This document shows positions 58,646 to 64,000 of a DNA stretch of 64,000 nucleotides, piece by piece. Where the stretch lies: NCBI RefSeq assembly GCF_009914755.1, contig NC_060938.1. One strand, given 5' to 3'. Origin of the DNA: the human T2T-CHM13v2.0 reference genome, Homo sapiens. The position numbers and the translations under genes were made by a program. Each line of letters opens with the position of its first letter. Position 1 is the first letter of the stretch. Below the pieces are notes generated by a model that did not search any database, was not told the origin of the DNA, and saw only the letters and a program-made list of their open reading frames with translations.

Positions 58646-59962
58646 GATTATCATGTAATTGACAATAATAAAATAATACATTTGTTTGATATTTTGCCAT
58701 AAAAATAAACTGTACACTTCTATGCATTTTATTATATTATAACTCAATAAAGTTGATTAAAATATATTACTTTGAGGGAGGGGCCAAGATGGCTGATTAG
58801 AAGCAGCTCCAATCTGCAGCTCCCACCAAGAAGAATGAAATCAGCAGGTGAGTCCTGCAACTTCAGCTGAGGTATCCAGGTTCTTTCATTGTGACCCATG
58901 GAGAGCAAACAAAAGCAGGGTGGAGCAACAATCCGCCTGACAGATGCATGGGGTATGGGAAACTCTCACCCCCCCAGCCAAGGGAGGCAGTGAGTGATCG
59001 TGCTACCTTGCCAGAGAAACCATGCTTTTGCCACAGATCTGTGCAACCCACAGATCAGGAGATCCCCTTGTGAGCCCATGCCACCAGGGCCTTGGGTCCC
59101 AAGCACAGGGCTGTGCAGATGCTTGGTGGCTGCTTAGGTTGTGGCCAGTGGCAGCAGGCTGAGCTGCAGACTGCCTAAGATGACTGAATTTCCAGGGAGA
59201 AGGGCAGCCAGAATCACTGCAGCTCCATTCGGCTGTTTTCCCATGCTGGTGCTGGGGAGACTTGGTGGTTTGGACCAGGAGGAATCCCCCACAGCGCAGC
59301 ACAGCGGCTGTGGCAGATTGTGGTCAGGCTGCTTCTTTAGGTGGGACCTAGATCCCTCCCCCCTCATTGGGCAGGGCCTCCCTGTGGGAATTTCAGGAAT
59401 TCCAGCTAGGGGTTTACTGACAGAACTCTAATCTCCCTGGGATGGAGCCCCTGGGGTTAGGGGTGGCCATGGTCTCTGGTTCAACAGACTTAATCTTTAC
59501 CCCTACTGGCTCTGAGGAGGCCATGAGTCTGGATGAGTGGGAGTCCTCCCAGCGCAGCGCACCCACTTTGCCAAAGGATAACCAGACTGCTTCTTCAAGT
59601 GGGTCCCTGGCCCTATGCCTCCTGACTGGGTGAGACCGCCCAACAGGAGCCACCAGACACCTAATACAGGAGGGTTCTGGCCAACATCAGATTGGTACCC
59701 CTCTGGGATGGAGCTCCCAGAGGAAGGAGTGGGCAGCTATCTTTGCTGTTCTGCAGGCTCCACTGGTGATACCTCTAGGTGTGGGAGGGACCCAGGTGAA
59801 TAGGGTCTGGAGTGGACCCCCAGCAAACTGCAGCATTCCTGTGGAAGAGGGGCTGGACTGTTAAAAGAAAAACAGAAAGCAACAACATCAACAAAAGAGA
59901 CCCCACAAAAACCCCATACAAAAGTAAGCAGGCTCAAACATTGAAGGTATGTAAACCCACAA

Positions 59963-60983
59963 AAAAGAAAAAAATCAACATGAAAACGCTGAAAATTCCA
60001 AAAGCCAGAGTGCCTCTTCTCCTCCAGATGATTGCAGCACCTGTCCAGCAAGGAAACAGAACTAGGCTGAGACTGAGACAGATGAATTGGCAGAAGTAGG
60101 CTTCAGAAGGTGGGTAATAACAAACTTCACTGAGCTAAAGGAGAATGTTCTAACCCAATGCAAAGAAGCTAAGAATCATGAAAACATTACAGGAACCATT
60201 AACCAGAATAACCAGTTTAGAGAGGAACATAAACAACCTGATGGAGCTGAAAACCCAACACAAGAACATCACAATGCAATCACAGGTGTCAATAGCTGAA
60301 TAGACCAAGCAGAGAAGAGAATCTGAGACTATCTTGCTGAAAAAAGACAGGCAGACAAGATTGGAGAAAAAAGAATGAAAAGGAACAAACAAAACTTCCA
60401 AGAACTCTGAGATTATGTAAAAAGACCAAACCTATGACTGATTGGGGTACCTGAAAGAAACGGAAAATAGAACCAAGTTGGAACACATACTTCAGGATAT
60501 CATCCAGGAGAATTTCTTCAACCTACCAAGACAGGCCAACATTCAAATTCAGGAAATCCAGAGAACCCCAATAAGATACTCCATGAGAAGACCAACCTGA
60601 AAACACATTATCATGAGATTCTCCAAGGTTGAAATGAAGGAAAAAATGTTAAAGGCACCTAGAGAGAAAGGCCAGGTCACCTACAAAGGGAAGCCCATCA
60701 GACTAACAGTGGACATCTCAGCAGAAACCCTACCAGCCAGAAGAGATTGGAGGCCAATATTCAACATTCTTAAAATAATTTTCAACCCAGAATTTTATAT
60801 CTGCCAAACTAAGCTTCGTAAGTGAAGGAGAAATAAACTCCTTTTCAGACAAGCAAATGCTAAGGAAATTTGTCACCAACAGCCCTGCCTTGACAGAGCT
60901 CCTAAAGAAAGCACTGAAAATGGAAAGGAAAAACCATTACCAGCCACTACAAAAACACACTGACATACACAGACCAATGACAC
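59963..60983 (+). pseudogene. Disrupted L1 ORF1
   Basis: Fragments EVGFRRWVITNFTELKE and KGQVTYKGKPIRLTVD; start codon lost; frameshifts. Confidence 0.85.
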
Positions 60984-61033
60984 TCTGAAGCAACTACATT
61001 AACAAGTCTGCAAAATAACCAACCAGCATCATG

Positions 61034-64000
61034 ATGACAGGATCAAATTCACACATAACCTTAAATGTAAGTGGGCTAAATGCCCCAATTAAAAGAATAG
61101 GATGGCAAGCTGGATAAAAAGTCAAGACTCATCGGTGTGCTATGTTCAGGAGACCCATCTCACATGGAAAGACAAACATAGGCTCAAAATAAAGAAATGG
61201 AGGAAAATTACCAAGCAAATGGAAAGCAGAAAAAAGCAGGCGTTGCAATCCTAGTTTCTGATAAAATGGACTTTAAACCAACAAAGGTCAAAAAAGACAA
61301 GGAAGGACATTACATGGTGGTAAAGGGTTCAATTCAACAAGAAGAGCTAAGTAGTCTAAATATACGTGCACCCAATACAGGAGCACCCAGATTCATAAAA
61401 CAAGTTCCTAGAGACCTACAAACAGACTTAGATTCCCACACAATAATAGTGAGAGACTTTAACACTTCAGTGTCAATATTAGGCAGATCATTGAGAGAGA
61501 AAAGTAACAAAGAAATTCAGGACATGAACTCAGCTCTGATCAAGTGGACTAGATAGGTATCTATAGAACTCTCCACCCAAAAACGACAGAATATACATTC
61601 TTCTTGGTGCCACATGGCACTTACTCTAAAATTGATCTCATAACCAGAAGTAAAACACTCCTCAGCAAGTGCAAAAGAACTGAAACCATAGCAAACAGTC
61701 TCTCAGACCACAGCGCAATTAAATCAGAATTCAAGACTAAGAAATTCACTCAAAACCACAACTACATGGAAATTGAACAACCTGTTCCTGAATGACTCCT
61801 GGGTAAATAATGAATTTAAGGCAGAAATCAACAAGTTCTTTGAAACTAATGAGAACAAAGAGATAACATACCAGAATATCTGGGATGCAGCAAAAGCAGT
61901 GTTAAGAAGGAAACTTATAAGCGCTAAATGCCCACATCAAAAAGCTAGAAAGATCTCAAATTGACATCCCAACATCACAACTAAAAGAACTAGAGAATCA
62001 AGAACACACAAACCTCAAAGCTAGCAGAAGACAAGAAATAACCAAGCTCAGAGCAGAATTGAAGGAGATAGAGACATGAAAAACCCTTCAAAAAATCAAT
62101 GAAACCAGGAGCTGCTTTTTTGAAAATATTAATAAAATAGCCTGCTAACTAGATTAATAAAGAAGAGAGAAGAATCACATAGACACAACAAAAAAAATGA
62201 TTAAGGGGATATCACCACTGACCCCACAGAAATACAAACAATCATCAGAGAATACTATAAAAACCTCTATGCAAATAAACTAGAAAATCTAGTAGAAGAA
62301 ATGGATAAATTCCTGGACACATACACCCTCTCAAGACTGAACCAAAAGAAAATGGAATACCTGAAATAGACCAAAGACAAGTTCTGAAAAAAGACCAGGC
62401 CCAAATAGATTTACAGCTGAATTCTTCTAGAGGTACAAAGAGGAGCTGATGCCATTCCTTCTGAAACTATTCCAAACAATTGAAAAGGAGGGACTCCCCC
62501 CTAACTCATTTTATGAGGCCAGCGTCATCCTGATACCAAAACCTGACAGACATACAACAAAAAAAGAAAACTTCAGGTCAATATCCCTGATGAACATCGA
62601 TACAAAAATCCTCAATAAAATACTGGCAAACCAAATCCAGCAGCACATCAAAAAGCTTATCCACCACGATCAAGTTGGCTTCATTCCTGGGATGCAAGGC
62701 TGGTTCAACATACGCAAATCAATAAATGTAATTCGTCACATAAACAGAACTAAAGACAAAAACCATGTGATTATCTCAACAGGCACAGAAAAAGTCTTGA
62801 TAAATTCAACATCCTTTCATGTTAAAAGCTCTCAATAAACTAGGTACTGAAGGAACATGCCTCAAAATAATAAGAGCCATTTATGCAAACCCACAGTCAC
62901 TATCATACTGAATGGGCAAAAGCTGGAAGCATTCCCCTTGAAAACTGGCACAAGACAAGCATGCCGTCTCTGAGTACTCCTATTCAACATAGTATTGGAA
63001 GTTCTGGCCAGGGCAATCAGGCAAGAGAAAGAAATAAAGTGTATTCAAATAGGAAGAGAGGAAATCAAATTGTCTCTGCAGATGACGTGATCCTATTTCT
63101 AGAAAACCACATTGTCTCAGCCCAAGAGCTTCTTAAGCTGATAAGTAACAGCAAAGTATCAGGATACAAAATCAATGTGCGAAAATCACAAGCATTCCTA
63201 TACACTAACAATAGACAAGCAGAGAGCCAAATCGTGAATGAACTCTCATTCACAATTGCTACAAAGAGAATAAAATAACTAGGAATGCAGTTAACAAGGG
63301 AAGTGAAGGACCTCTTCAAGGAGAGCTACAAATCACTGCTCAAGGAAACCAGAGAGGACACAAATGGGAAAACATTCCGTGCTCATGGATAGGAAGAATC
63401 AATATCATGAAAATGGCCATACTGCCCAAAGTAATTTATAGATTTAATGCTATTCCCATCAAACTACCATTGATGTTCTTCACAGAATTCGAAAAACTAG
63501 TTTAAAATTCATATGGAACCAAAAAATAGCTCATATAGACAAGACAATCCTAAGCAAAAAGAAGAAAGTTGGAGGCATCACGTTACCCAACTTCAAACTG
63601 TACTACAAGGCTACTCTAACCAAAACAGCATGGTACTTGTACAAAAACAGACAGATAGAACAATGGAACAGCATAGAGAACTCAGAAATAAGACTGCACA
63701 CATACAACCATCTGATCTTCGACAAACCTGACAAAAACAAGCAATGGAGAATGGATTCCCTATTAATAAATGGTGCTGGGAAAATTGGCTGGCTATAAGC
63801 AGAAAATTGAAACTGGACCCCTTCCTTATAGCTTATACAAAAATTAACTCAAGATGGATTAAAGCCTTAAATGTAAAACCCAAAACTATAAAACCCCTAG
63901 AATAAAATCTAGGCAATACCATTCAGGACATAGGCATGGGCAAAGATTTCATGATGAAAATGTCAAAAGCAATTGCAACAAAAAGCAAAAATTGACAAAT
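61034..64000 (+). pseudogene. Disrupted L1 ORF2 (endonuclease and RT remnants)
   Basis: ATGACAGGATCAAAT (MTGSN) start; [26 protein letters not shown] and SADD pieces in different frames. Confidence 0.9.

Larger units (their letters stand above)
58774..64000 (+). mobile_element. 5'-intact L1PA (roughly PA8-PA11 age), runs past the window end
   Basis: 5' UTR begins gagggagggggccaagatggc (YY1 site); ORF1 then ORF2 remnants in order. Confidence 0.95.

Noticed and set aside
58774-64000. Potentially active full-length L1 or intact ORF0
   Set aside because: ORF1 start is lost, ORF2 is fragmented and the RT motif reads SADD after a small deletion; the antisense 5' UTR ORFs cannot be matched confidently to ORF0.

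Overview
This is primate (very probably human/hominoid) genomic DNA with no protein-coding gene, RNA gene or CRISPR array that I can recognise. It looks like a large intron or intergenic region. Most of it is transposable elements: about 13 Alus (J, S, Y), MIR/L2/L3 remnants, five sizeable L1s (including a decayed 5'-intact L1PA from ~58774 off the right edge), a two-LTR THE1D-type MaLR provirus, solo LTRs (THE1B, MLT1, MLT2, MER39-like, LTR16-like) and a Tigger3-type DNA transposon. The ORF track is mostly Alu, L1 and MaLR translation or chance ORFs. The strongest unusual signals are: (1) a half-Alu at 9465-9642 copied from the neighbouring AluSp ~1.2 kb away, including the donor's target-site duplication (TSD) and flank but with no TSD of its own, next to a head-to-head Alu pair only 33 bp apart; (2) an exact 24-bp direct repeat in unique sequence with an adjacent 8-bp duplication; (3) an L1 with a 16-bp twin-priming inversion; (4) three phase-compatible candidate exons at 45.4-50.5 kb; and (5) several repeat-poor, motif-rich blocks that look like enhancers. 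I found no convincing wholly new biological system. Subfamily calls come from remembered consensus sequences, and boundaries of old repeats are approximate.
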